From assembly GCA_032718475.1 (NCBI GenBank), contig JAUCBJ010005012.1, forward strand, positions 1 to 62,763: a DNA stretch of 62,763 bases, read 5' to 3'. The notes beneath the pieces were generated by a model, which searched no databases, was not told the origin of the DNA, and saw nothing but the letters and a program-made list of their open reading frames with translations. The translations under genes and the position numbers were made by a program. This stretch comes from Nemertoderma westbladi. Taxonomy: Eukaryota > Animalia > Xenacoelomorpha. Positions 1 through 12,648 of the stretch are shown piece by piece (the first letter of the stretch is position 1; every line of letters begins with the position of its first letter).

Positions 1-2371
1 AAACATATCTCAATATTACCAGTCAACAGAATCTAGAAACTCGATATCCTCCAAGTATACATCATGACCGCATGGTAGAACTCAAACGGCTCTATTCCAC
101 TATGATGTATCTTACCGCTGATCGACCGCTGCCTGTTGCACCGGATAGCTTCGAACGGATGGAGGAGTATTGTGAACTGGAGAAAGATCACTCGAGTTTC
201 CCCTACAAGACGTGCGTCTTTGGTGTTGTTGCGATGGATGCCCTAGACCCAACCAACAAACGGAAAGACCTAAACATCCGTGGAGACGTTGTATTAAACA
301 CGGTTTTACTCGCTATACTTACGGGAGTTTCGAGCGAAATTTGTTTGACGTATCACCTACGCTCGTTCGACTCAGACGATCCTTAAATAAACCAATGATC
401 AGAGTTCCGGAATACTCGATCAGACCTCCTCATTCCCTAGTGAGACCTCAGACTCTTGATCCTATTAGTATGACGGATCCTCCCGAGCTGTACTCACTGT
501 TCAAAGATCTAGTGTTACCTGAACAATTAGTCGGTGGCACCCCGGTTGTGGGCTTCCTAGATATTAGCCCATCTTACTTAGCCGTATTGGGACGCGGACA
601 CCTAATATCGCCATTCAACCGTATAGTCGTCCCAGTCTAACGCGATACAACCCTTCATCAAGGTGGAGGAGAGCGTTGTACGAAACGAGTTAAACGCTAT
701 TCTACAAAGATCAGAAAGGAAACCTGCGTTTGTTCAGATAAACGTAAGTTGTAACAGCAAGTCCAAGCGATAAACGAATTGGCTTTATCTCAGTTCGATT
801 GGGAAATCCAGAATCTCTAAGACGATATTGAGCTTGGATGACCCTATTCTCGGCGAGAGTTTTGGACGAACGTATCCAACGATGAGCGGAGGAAAATCAG
901 CTCGAGGAGAAGCATATCGAAACGGCGGATACCCCGACTATAATCCTACACCTTCTGATGCAATCATATTGCACCCTTCATCCAGGAGTTATATAGCCCT
1001 CCTCGTAAAGTGGCTCCCCCCAAAGAGAAAAGGACTCTTACTAGCCTCAAAAAAACTGCGTAAACGCCGTCCGCGTAAGAAAGACTAACTGTTTAGAGTA
1101 TTTTTATATTTTAGAAACTGTGATTTTGTATATTTTATAGACTTAAATCCCATTTTCTGGGAGCGGTGTAAAAGCTTTTGTGGGATATAACTGGCCCTTT
1201 GCTCCGCAATCCAGTTCCCCCCCAAGGCGCTGGAATACTCTAAAAAGCTCCCTAACTCAAAGGATGAAAGCTACCGGCTGATTGGCTGATTTGCCTAGCG
1301 ACGGCCTCTTTGTTACGTTCGATCGGCCAACCAGAGCTATAACAACAGAGTATGCAACCAGAGCAACCGAGCGGAGTGACTCATTTTGTGTGCTGGCCAA
1401 GGGCTGCAAAAACCCTGATAGTTAGGCATTTAGACATTCGTGGAACCTGTGGAATCTGATGCTCTGCCAATGAGAGCTTTTCCTTTCTGTGTTGAAATCT
1501 ACCTGCAGCAGCTCACAGGGTTCAGTGTGTTGGTTTTCCTGATGCCATGAACATCGGCCATGGAATTATTCTGAATTATTCCAACATTAGAACGTCTTTA
1601 ATTATAAGAACACATAACTGTTACCGGCATGGCACGGTCACTGGTACAGAACGTAAGCACTACGGTACGGTACGTATTGCACATTATTTACTGCTATTTG
1701 CTGTTTGTTATTAAATGTATCATTCGTTTGCATATTGTTATTTGGAGAATAACTATAAACGATCAGAAACCCCGATCTTCTTGATACACTAAGGTTAGAG
1801 AGACCGGCTACATATAGCAATTGCGGCTTATATTATCGTGGTTTGTAGTGTGTAGTGAATTGAATGCTATTTTATAGGCCCTACAAATGCCGGTTGCTAT
1901 TCTCTTTATATATGATTAAAATCAGTGACTATCGGCAATTCAGTGTGCAGCGGTGTGCAATAGTCTGTATGTGCTTGTCCGCGTAACAAAGCATCTCCTA
2001 AAGAATGCGCCTTATGTGTAACTTATAATCCATTCGTTGTGTTTAGTGTAAGCCATAGCTCTGTTTATATAGATAGAGCGCCACGTCCTAAAGGAACTGC
2101 TAATATTTCCCGAAAGTGAATAATATTTGTCAGAGATTATATATTAACGATCAATCGAATAGTACGGTAGGCCTGCACCGCAATCAAATTAAAGCATCCG
2201 AATCCAGTCTCCCGGGTATATCCAGCGGGTGAATGGTCGCGCATAGACTGGCTTCGGCTAATGTTGGATTTATTTGTGTCAAATACTTGTCATAGGCTAA
2301 AGTCGATTTATAACCTAGAAGACATATAGATTTGGCGGGTTAAACTGCCAAAGGTCTTAAAAGCGCGAACA
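1..2371 (+). mobile_element. 3' end of a BEL/Pao LTR retrotransposon (sister copy of the 11838-40828 element): deleted ORF3 remnant, PPT, 3' LTR
   Basis: 1-780 is homologous to 25550-26210 (minus strand; LETRYP..ELKRLY..DPPELYSLFKDLVLPEQLVGGTPVVG). 900-1166 is homologous to 12649-12900. PPT GGGAGCGG precedes TG at 1167. Confidence 0.85.
1167..2371 (+). repeat. LTR (~1.2 kb, TG...CA)
   Basis: Starts TGTAAAAGCTTTTGTGG and ends AAAGCGCGAACA. Colinear with the reverse complement of 39684-40828 (shared blocks such as GCATCTCCTAAAGAATGCGCC and CCGAATCCAGTCTCCC). Confidence 0.85.
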
Positions 2372-2653
2372 ATTTCGCCTGATAGTTATGTTGCCCCATC
2401 TTTGATCTATCATATAAAAAAACTTTCATGTGATTAGGTTCAAAACTGTAAAAGCCTTAGAGTTTTAAGCGCAACCAAGTTTTTTTATTGTTAACTAGTA
2501 TTAACTAATATTAAATAACGAAAAACATTTTTTTTTCTGACCTGTCATGTAGAATAGCATCTTAGGCACCTATATGCCAAATTTTAGCCTAAACCAAACA
2601 ATTTTGAAACGCTGAGAGTGATAAATCGAAGAGTTCCTCGAAAATGGTGGTAC

Positions 2654-2656
2654 CCC

Positions 2657-2706
<50 letters not shown>
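2654..2706. repeat. poly-C run ending at TTAA (possible end of a non-autonomous DNA transposon)
   Basis: ~48 consecutive C followed by TTAA; no partner end found. Confidence 0.6.
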
Positions 2707-2868
2707 TTAAACTTAGAAATTTGAAAATAGAACAACATACAGTAGGCCTATTCTATTTAAAAAATGAATTGGAGTTGATCAGTTAATGCAACTGTAATTA
2801 AAGCTGTAATATTATGATTTTGTTCAGAAATTGAAAAAATGAGAAAGCGCGTCACCGGGGGTTGAACC

Positions 2869-2914
2869 AGCGCTATACGTACGTTTCAGCCTATCAGGCC
2901 TCATCAGTAGCGCT
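2869..2914 (-). ncRNA. Type I hammerhead ribozyme
   Basis: Minus strand reads AGCGCTA-CTGATGA-GGCCT(gat)AGGCT-GAAA-CGTACG-TA-TAGCGCT: stem I, catalytic core, stem II, palindromic short stem III, GUA cleavage triplet. Confidence 0.85.
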
Positions 2915-3205
2915 AACCAGTTCACCACTTGTCCCTGACATTCACTATCCCACCTAATACACTTCTATTGAACAGGCAGTCTTAAGTTGCATATCCTATC
3001 TCTAACTCTGGACCTGCCGGCCTCAAGTATGTTAGAGTGAAACAGGAGGAAAGTACAAATAAATAAATATTCAGCTCGAGTATTGCTGCCAGGTGATATT
3101 AATAAATGAATTGGAGCTGTTAATGCAACTGTAATTAAAGATGTAATATTATGGTTTTGTTCAGAAATGGAAAAAATGAGAAAGCGCGTCACCGGGGGTT
3201 GAACC

Positions 3206-3251
3206 AGCGCTATACGTACGTTTCAGCCTATCAGGCCTCATCAGTAGCGCT
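3206..3251 (-). ncRNA. Type I hammerhead ribozyme (copy 2)
   Basis: Identical core to 2869-2914. Confidence 0.85.
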
Positions 3252-3444
3252 AACCAGTTCAGCCACTTGTCCCTGACATTCACTATCCCACCTAATCCAC
3301 TTCTATTGAACAGGCAGTCTTAAGTTGCATATCCTATCTCTGACCTGAGGATAAGCGATAGGCTGAAACGTACGTATAGTACTGTTTAATAGAAGTGGAT
3401 TAGGTGGGATAGTGAATGTCAGGGGACAAGTGGCTGAACTGGTT

Positions 3445-3490
3445 AGCGCTACTGATGAGGCCTGATAGGCTGAAACGTAGGTATAGCGCT
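3445..3490 (+). ncRNA. Type I hammerhead ribozyme (inverted copy 3)
   Basis: AGCGCTACTGATGAGGCCTGATAGGCTGAAACGTAGGTATAGCGCT; one substitution in stem III. Confidence 0.8.
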
Positions 3491-4097
3491 GGTTCAACCC
3501 CCGGTGACGCGCTTTCTCATTTGTTCCATTTCTGAACAAAACCATAAAATTACATACTCCATAAAACTACTGTAAAACTTCCTGTATTTCACGTATACGT
3601 ATGCTCTAGTTTCATATTTCACTCGAGAGGGAAATATTCCCTCTCGATCTGGCGTGAAATACAGTGATACTTTATTTAAATCGAATATATACTGTAGTTA
3701 TTATTTCCAGAAAAACATTTCGATTAGTTTCCATGAATGATCGACTAGTTGCATTGTTTTATACTGAACTTGGATGAAACCCAATTAATATTGCATTAAT
3801 AATTATTAATCATTATTAATCTAAAACTGCTTCAATGTGATTCACAGAGCATTATGTCCGTAAGAGTTGATTAATAGTGATATATTATCTATATTGTCAG
3901 GTGGTATTTAATAAATTAACTGCGGTTTGTAACAAACTACCTTCAATTTATATTCAATTAAATATTAATATATTTTCATCTTTCAAGTTAACCGTGTGTG
4001 TGTGGGATTTAAATAAGTTTCTTTGTCGCATGGTTTATATAATAACTATACTATATATTAGATTTAAATAAGGTAGCATTGTATGTCATGGGGAGCC

Positions 4098-4448
4098 ACA
4101 CGGGGAGCTTATAGGTGAAATATACTGTAGGTAATAATGTATAACATACCCATGTAACTACAGAGACGGCCAGGTTTGGTAGCTGTACATTAATCAGCTG
4201 ACACAAACGCTGAGCCAATCAGAGCCTGGGTTGGAAAGGCGGGTAATGTGGATATTGAGTACAGCTATATTATCTGTTGCAACCCCATTATTAGTTTAGT
4301 TGTGTGCGAGCATTTAGATAGGGTGTAGTAGAGAACTTGTTTCTACTGGTTGGTAGTTAGCAGCCATTAAGAATCAATTAATACAGTTATTATCCAACAT
4401 TAGTACAATATTCAGTTACGTCTGACAGTCTATTATAACCAACGAACA
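4098..4448 (+). repeat. LTR of a second BEL-like family (5' LTR; left boundary uncertain)
   Basis: Closely similar to 45942-46293; both copies end CCAACGAACA. Followed by GTCAGCAGAATCAGAT and a gag-like start. Confidence 0.65.
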
Positions 4449-4573
4449 GTCAGCAGAATCAGATAGGCCTACGGTACCACTAGGGAAGGATGAGTGAGAC
4501 AGGATCGAATGGCGAGAGTGGAGAAGGGGACCAGATGGCCAATGGACAAACCGACTGTGATCGGGCTGGTGTC

Positions 4574-5572
4574 ATAGATAGATTTATTATGTAAAACAAT
4601 AACAAATACACCAACCAATTTACCAGTATAAAGGTATTGTCCAACATAACATATAGGATTACCCCTAAAGCTTTGCAGCTTATTTCCAAGGGGGTCCTTT
4701 ATGTTACTTGGTTACAAATACAATATTACACTACGCTAACCTAAAACCAATATAAAAGGTAATTACACTATGTACATGTACAACTTTACCGAGAGCGTGA
4801 CAAGTCCGACTCAACGATAAAGATGTAATGTACAGAACAATTTAATATAAAACGTAATTACAGTATAAATAGTAAATAATTAATAAACTAATAACTTACT
4901 GTAGGACTATTGTACCTATTTTTACATTGCACACGGAGGTGAGATTTAACTGCAGATTTAAAAGAATGTTGATTATCTAGGTTTTTAATTTCATTAGGCA
5001 GAGCGTTCCAATTTTTAATACCGTTAAAAAAGAAAGTATCAGATTCAAAGGATTTACAATTCGGGAGGTAAAAGTTTGAAGCACTAGCTCTGGTACTGTA
5101 AGAGTGTGTATCGCGTACTCTGTTGAATTTTTGTTCTAGGTAATTGGGTCATTTACCATTATACACTTTATGCACATGGTTAAGGCGTGGCTTCTTAACT
5201 CTACTATCTAAGTTAAGTAGTCCAGATTCAGAAAAGTCATCTGGAGTTGGTGGTGCCTAGGTTTGTAGTCTTTAATCAATCGTACTACTTTATTCTGAGC
5301 TACTTTTAATTTAGATTTAAGCTGTTTGGTTAAGCCTTCATACCAAGAAGAGCACGCATAGTCCATGTGACACTGTATTAAAGAAGAGCAAAGTAACTTG
5401 CGGGAGTCGGTGTTTAAACTATTTTTATTTCTGTACAGAAACCTAAGCCTACTGTTAACTTTCGAGAAAATATTTTTCACTGTACTTTCTCCTGATAAGC
5501 AGTTCTCCAATGTGGCGCCTAAATATTTAAATTCCTTTTTATTTTCAATCTTATGTCCATTAATACTTTTTT
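4574..5572 (-). mobile_element. 5'-truncated LINE 3' end (L2/CR1/Crack group RT C-terminus)
   Basis: KYLG..SKVNSRLRFLYRNK..LCSSLIQCHMDYACSSWY; 3' end AATAAA-TCTATCTA. Confidence 0.75.
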
Positions 5573-8111
5573 GTTGTCAGACCAGGACTGACCACCAGGT
5601 TTGTGGAACAACGATAGTGGGCGTCGGTAGGGATCCAGGGGAGGACGTTGGGGACCCGAGAGTGAAGATGGGTGGAGCGAGCTAGAAAGAATCAGGTTGA
5701 TTCGACAATAACATCATAGCAGGATTGCCGAGGTAAATAACTATTTAGACCACCTAATAAAATTTGCTAACCCTGAACTGTCCAACCATCAGGCCTTTAT
5801 TATAGTGAGCGATCAACACAGACTATTATGTAGTGGTGTGCTAGATTTTAATATTTTAGTAGTAGGGCCTTATAAAATGACCCGTGTGGGGGTGAGAGTA
5901 GATAAAAGGGAGGGGGTGGGGGAGCAAAACTGCTCCCAAGAGCAGTGTAGTGGGGTCAACACCCTCTAAAATATTAAGAAGGGTGGTTGCCATTGATGTG
6001 GCGAGTCAAAAGCAAACAATAGAAATGAAACAGGAAAGTTTAGACAGAGAGAATATAGAGATAGAGAGAGTGGAAAGAGAAAGAATGGAGTGAGATAGAG
6101 AGTTAGAAAAATTGAGAGTGGAGCAGGAGGTGGGGGAAGAAGCGAATCAAGAGGCGGAAAGGGCGAGAATATTGGCGGGAAGAGTGGAAAGAGTAAGAAA
6201 GCAAGAAAATAAGGCAAGAGAGGCGAAAGAAAGATTAAATAAGACAGTGGTAGAGCAAGAAGAAATAGAAAAAGGAGAGAAAGGTTAGCTGATCAGAATA
6301 AAAGATTACAAGAATGGCGTATAGAGCAGGATATATTAAATAAATTGGTGAGAATGGGATTTTCAGTGAGTGGGAGGGGAGAGAGTAGTATGCGGAGCGA
6401 GCAGAGTGAACGCATTGTGGGTAATAAAAATAATGACGGTTCTGTTGACAGCTTTGTTTCCAGATCAATAAGCGATATACACAGACAGACAAACCGTTGG
6501 TGCAATAATACAGGTAATACACTCCGAACAAACAGACAAACATTACAACGTAAATAGTAATATGGTTAACAATTTTATAAATTGTAGCGCACATAATTAT
6601 AATAATAATACTGGTAACATTAGCAATCCTATGGCAGGAGGAGGCGACCAGGGTAGGGGAGCGACAGTGATGAGCAGGCGAGTGGGAATTGTGAGCAAGA
6701 GGCGAGTCGATGGATGGATTGATGAAGGAAACACAAATACTTGAGTGTGGGAGCAGAGGGGCAACCCAATTATAGTGTATCGATGGGAACAGGATCGCGG
6801 AGAGGATTGATGGATTCGGGATGAAGTTGATCGACGGAATGTTGATTAAACAGATTCCGAGGGAGTCAAGATGAGTTTGCAGAACCTGTGCAGAGTCGTG
6901 CAGGATGCGAGTCGATTAAACAAACAGGCTGTTAGAACAAACAGTGCAGATGCCGATGACTGGTGACAGTATGCGAGCACACCACTAGGGAGTGTAACTC
7001 GTAAAAATTATATTCAACACGAGATTACCATAGATCAAATAATAGACACCAGAACAGTAGGCTGTAGGCCGGAAGGTGGGGATTCAAGCGCGGCACAAGA
7101 GGCGTAGGCCTCGCTGCTAAACATGGAGACAGCAGCTTATGTACCAGTAGGCAGAAACACGTGTGATAGGCCTATACTGGTACCTGCGGAACAGCAAGAT
7201 CACCCATTGGGGTTTAACCATAGCGTTGATAAAGATATGATATATGATATAAGATATAAATATTCACTTTAGTATACTAGTTAGGCTTATTTACAGTTAT
7301 GGTACTGCAAAACAGTATAATATTATCAATACACAGCAAATAAATAATTGTAAAATTAATACTGAAGAACAGTATTATAATAATAATAATGTGAATGGTT
7401 TGGTACAATATCAATTACCAATCGGAACGAATAATCTACAATATAATCCATACAGTACGACGTACAATGCTGGACAAAATAACACAGAAAATCTAAACGT
7501 TTGTAGGGAGAGAGAGAGAGTGCAAATATAAGCGCGCAGACGGTAGACACCAACATGTGGAAGGGTGGACTACCACTGATGAAATAAGCGATGAGGGGAC
7601 AACAGGAGGCGAGCCATGCCACGAAGCAAGGATACAAAGGGAATCCGCAGAGCAATATTGGTTGTAACGTGGTGACGAATATACAGGGCAACAGCATAGA
7701 GCAACAAACCAAGGGAATGGCTTCACTTATGGAAGCACTAAAGACAAGAATAGAGTTGCCACTGGTGGAACCATTTAAATTCGACAGTAGCAGACCAGAG
7801 GAGTACATACAGTTTAGAAGAATATACAGTAACGAGATTTTCAGTTATAGTTATATATATATATATATATATAGTTATAGTTTATATATTAACGAGATAG
7901 AGTTGGATCATCCTTAGTCCTGTTTAATTACTTAATAATTTATACAATCTATGGATGTTAAACACATATGCAATAACATTCGTTTGCAGTACAGGTCATA
8001 ACTGCTACTGTATTAAAATACTGATTAAATCCATCCATAAGGAGGACTGTATTCAATAGCAACCGTAAGGTAGCTTTCCACCTATAGCAAATCAATCGGA
8101 AAGATGCAGGC

Positions 8112-8189
8112 GCCTCCGTGGTGTAGTGGTTAGCATACCTGAACATTTATCGGGTCGGGAGATGCGGGTTCGATCCCCGCTGGGGATCG
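8112..8189 (+). mobile_element. tRNA-derived SINE-like head
   Basis: A box GTGGTGTAGTGGTTAG and B box GGTTCGATCCC; no proper anticodon arm or acceptor stem. Confidence 0.6.
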
Positions 8190-9572
8190 AAATTCATTTT
8201 TTCCACTCCATTTGCTATAGAGTTGGATCATCCTAAGTCCTGTTTAATTACTTAATATTCACAAATAAAATAAAGAAAGCAATCATTACACTCAAAACAC
8301 CCTATGAGTTATCATCTCAAAATATCAGGAAATATCACAATGATAGTAGAGGCATTGCCAAAGTGGATTATGAATAAATGGAGAGAAGAGGCTTTCAAAA
8401 CACGGGTGAACAAAGGAGCGGAACCAGGCCAGAAGAATTAGCGAGATTATTGTTTCACCAAGCAGAAGTACTAACGGACCCGATATATAGGGAAGAAAAT
8501 CTAACTAAACTCGCAAGAATTAAATATAAACAATGTGCAGAGCATAGTACAGAAGATCAAATGCCAAGGCTACGATAATCGCTTCCATATGCAAATATAC
8601 AGAATGAAGGAAGCAGAATAGGATATCAGGGAAGGAACAACAATAGCAACTTCCAACAACAAGCACAAAGAGAGGAGTCAAATGACCATATGACTCTCGA
8701 GAAACATGTCAAATACACAATAACGAGACCCACGATACAGGAAACTGTCCCGAATGGAAGGCGATACATGGAGATGAAAAACATGAGATGAGAAACATTG
8801 AGACAAGGACTGTGCCACAAATGTGTAAAGAGAGGACATAGAGAGTATTCGTGTACATTTGGGAGACCTTACTCGGGAACTGAACAAAATAACAACATGG
8901 GAACTGCGATGGAAGAGGAAAGGGAGAAGAGCACAGTGCTACTCGGAGTATTACCTGCGAGAATCCGGGGTGTGGATGGTTAATCAGTAATGACGCTAAT
9001 GTTATAGATAGCAGTGTTGCATTCACACTCGCTGAGAAATTAATAGCGGACATGATAGCATGGATACCGAGACCAAAAGATATGGCTGTGACAACTATAA
9101 CTAGTAAGGACGAAGTAGTGAAGATGAGGATACGACAGTGCTTGATAGAGTCTATCATGCCACGATGTGGGTTCTCAGAGAGGTGTGATCCTTTACGGAT
9201 CACAGAAACCCTAAATGTTAACTCGAGAAGACCAACTAATATATAAAACGAACAATTATAAACACCTTAATAGGATAGATTTCAGGATACCGTATCTCGA
9301 TGTACCGAAAGTCTCATTAATAGTTGCAATGGACTGCCCAACTGTTCACAATAGATTGAAGGTGGTGCTCGGGGAGAAAGGTTCTGATGATCCAGTTGCG
9401 ATATTAAGGGCATTCGGGTGGACACTAAGTGGACTGGTTAGCAAAGTGAGGAAGATAAATACATCCCTGCAATCCGGATGTATGCTGATAATGACTATGA
9501 CAGAGGACCAAAAATCAGATAGAGGCGAGTTGTAGACACGGTCTATCGGTTATGACCCAGATGTCAGGCACT

Positions 9573-11254
9573 AGTAGTAGAAAGAAAGGGTTCCCCCGCG
9601 AAGTCCTCCCTATGTTGTTCTATGGGACTTTGCTCGGAGGGCTATTGGAACGGAGCTATTTAATAGGGTTCACTAGCAAAGTCTTCCCTATGCTGTTCTA
9701 TGGGACATTCCTCGGAGGGCTATTGCAAATGTGCAATTTTTATTGATTTCATGGACCATCTGCCGCCACTATTCATTCGCATCGCTGCCGCATCAACCAA
9801 TGATCGATATTCAACTATGCGATGCATGCCTAGCCCCACACTCCCTCGGTTACTCTCCGTTTCGCCACGATGACAGCGACAATGATGATCTAATGTAGTA
9901 TCTCATCATCTTTACGGTCAGTCACAGTCCTTGCCCTCTTCCGCACACACGCATATACTGCGCTATGCTATTATATTGATTGCCAACTCAATGATTTACC
10001 CGCTACTCGACCGCTGTTACCAACCAGCGCCAGTGTGAGTGTTATATGGGACTTGAAATCCCGCTACGCGTACACGTACACGTTGTCACATTTTCATAGT
10101 TACTCATCCTAACCCTATCGCATCTGCCCCATATTGATGCCTAACATTGCTATTAAACTGTACGTTTTTTATTATAATTATTGATTATTATTATTACGCA
10201 CAACCCAATGATTCATATTCATACACGTATTTCCTACCCGCGCTACCAACCAACCATTCATCCACATTGCATCCCATCTCTTTTCTTATTTGTCATTGAC
10301 TATGCCACATATTTCTTGCTTACGTGTTATATTCAGAAATTATATATAACTGATTGTTTCTATTAAAATTCATCACTTGTAATCTCAATTTATTACAGCG
10401 ATACGGTTTAAAATTTTTCACTTGTAATATTTTTCGATTTATTTATTATTATGGCCTTAATGCAAAAAACCGGTACAACAAATAGCTGGAAATTTACTTA
10501 CAATAAATATACTTGCACAGTCGTTCACAGCAAGTATTTTATTGTGAATTCTCTGGATGACAACGAATCAATTTGTTTTTCCCATCAAGATACCCGCTAT
10601 TTGTTGGACATTCTAGAAACAACCAACAATTAATATCAATCCAGACCACCAATTATATAAGGTAGGATATATCCCGCTCTTCGTTTTGCGCGAGGAAATT
10701 TGAATATTTCTATCAACCCCGCATCGGGTGATGTTTACGTTCAGAAACAAGGCAAATGTAAAGTTCTCAACAAAGCTTTTACTAAAGTTCTAATTCAATA
10801 CAGAGGGAAATTATTGCAATTTCTCTCTCCACCGCTAGAGATTATTAGCGATCAATTCTACATTGAATTATCAAATCCAGAGTTTATTGGATTTGTAACA
10901 GCTTTTAAAGGAACCAACTATGTTGGCTTATGGAAAATCAGCCTCAGATACGCTGATAGTGTTGGCTTTAGCTATTATACGGGTTTCAATTTGTCAAATC
11001 AGGAACTAACCATTTTGTTGCCAGAGTGGGACACCCAAATCGACGAAACAAATAACCATCTTTTTGATAAAAATATCATTCAACTATCAGACCATCTCAA
11101 AATGATTAAAACCAATAATAAAAAAATTATTATTACCAACACCGATAATTCTACTGAAGTAGGCGCAGGTGGAAATTCTATTGAGTTGCACTACTTGAAT
11201 GATAAAGCTCATATTAGTTTTCCCAAAGAGACAATGGATGGTGTTTCTCTGTGA
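9573..11254 (+). mobile_element. Possible Polinton/Maverick terminal fragment
   Basis: Begins AGTAGTAG, has a duplicated subterminal motif CCCTATG(T/C)TGTTCTATGGGAC and an intronless AT-rich ORF. No integrase or PolB seen. Confidence 0.35.
10451..11254 (+). pseudogene. Disrupted ORF with a PC4-like ssDNA-binding motif
   Basis: FVTAFKGTNYVGLWK...TGFNLSNQELTIL resembles PC4 (VxxFKGxxYVxIR..GIxLxxxQW). Stop at 10631-10633. Confidence 0.4.
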
Positions 11255-11837
11255 GTCGGCATTTTTAAGAATGCTGTGCCGACTTGTCGACAAAATTGCC
11301 CCGCCTTAACTCCCTATCACCCATGACATTTGCTAGATCATCCGCATCTTGAAGGCCAGTGTCCTTTAAGATGCGCCTCAAGAAAGTCATGGGCTGTCCA
11401 CCATGCTTATTCACTCCATGAGGCTGCCAAAGTACAAGATTATGCACTGGCTGGTGAAAGCAATGTCCTGCAAAGCGGAGGCAATTTTGTTCTAGTGTCA
11501 AGCTTGGGGGAACCAATGAGACACCTCCAATGTTATATAGTGTCTGGTTGGAGATGTGTGCATTGTACTTGACACAATAAACCCGGCGTAGCATTCTTGT
11601 GAATGTGCCATCCAGAGATTTGTTGTCCTCAGCAGTTAGAGCCCAGCATGGACTCCCATAGAGGAGTACTGAAACTACTGCTGCTCTAGATAATCGGACC
11701 TTAAGTTTCCGATTGATTATTGGCGACTTCCAAATCATGGAAAGCCTATTCAAGGCTGCCCAAGCCTTTCCCTTACGTATTCGAAGGTCATCACCTGACT
11801 TCTAGATCCATGATCCCAGGTAACAGAAGTTGTCCCC
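11255..11837 (-). mobile_element. RTE-like LINE, 3' part (split by the BEL insertion)
   Basis: DNFCYLGSWI..KAWAALNRLSMIWKS..SVLLYGSPCWALT..LRFAGHC; continues from 40829. Confidence 0.8.
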
Positions 11838-12648
11838 CGCGCTTTCAGACCTTTAGCAGTTTAACCTGCCAATTTTAAATGTCCTTTTGATTATGAATCG
11901 ACTTTAGCCCTTATCAATTACCTGGTGTACTGAAGTTATATCTGCCGAAGCCAGTCTGTGCCGGCGTATGACCCCGGTGTGGGAGACTGGATTCGGGTTC
12001 CTTAGGAAGTATTGCGGTGTAAGCTACTTTGTATTATTCTATTGATCGCTACTATATAATCTCTGACAACTATATTTACTTTCGGGGAAATATTAACAGT
12101 TCCTTTAGGACTTGGCGCTTTAAGTATAAAAACAGAGTTATGACTTATACTAATCACAACTAGATGGCCACAGAGTTTCGTAAATCGATTATGAAATAGC
12201 ATTTAATTCACACAAAACCACTATAATTTAAGTCGCAGTTGCTACCGGTAGACTGTTTCTCTGCTTACCTTAGTAATCAATAAGATTGAGGGGATTTATG
12301 ATTATTTATCGGTATTCTCCAAATATAACATCCATTAATATAGACAACATTTAACACAATATAAGACAGCATTAAAACAGTGCGGTGAACAGTCAGTATG
12401 TGTTCAGTCATATGAGTTGATGTGTGTCCAGAGAGTCCGGATAGTCAGTGGTCCAGGGTGTCCAGAGAGAGGTGTTTCCAGGGTAATAGATTTACGTTCT
12501 TATAACTAAGGCCATCAGATATTTTTGGGCCAAAGTCTGAAATGACCGTACTTAGTACAGAATTCTGAGATGAATCTAATTCTCAGAAAAATAATAACCA
12601 TAATGCATTGTGCTAGTTTCTCAGGTTATGTCCGCAATAGCCTTTATA
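11838..12648 (-). repeat. 3' LTR of the large BEL element (internally deleted)
   Basis: High identity to 39688-40828 except two deletions; initial TG mutated to TA. Confidence 0.85.

Larger units (their letters stand above)
2762..3545. mobile_element. Hammerhead-containing ~337-bp tandem repeat plus an inverted copy (retrozyme or Penelope pseudo-LTR remnant)
   Basis: Two direct units (period 337 bp) followed by a partial inverted unit at ~3345-3545; each contains a hammerhead core. Confidence 0.75.
4449..9570 (+). pseudogene. Degenerate BEL/Pao-like gag and protease region, with younger insertions
   Basis: Fragments IELPLVEPFKFDSSRPEEYIQF, LCHKCVKRGHREYSC (BEL gag knuckle) and VSLIVAMDCPTVH..DPVAILRAFGWTLSG (BEL post-protease motif). 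Many stops. Related to the gag of 13104-19626 (AAYVPVGR vs AEYIPAGR). Confidence 0.7.

Noticed and set aside
4120-4125. ATATAC as TSD matching 46294-46299
   Set aside because: Homology between the two LTR copies extends upstream of this site, so the match may be coincidental.
8112-8189. Functional tRNA gene (also 48560-48636)
   Set aside because: Only A/B boxes are present; no cloverleaf or acceptor stem.
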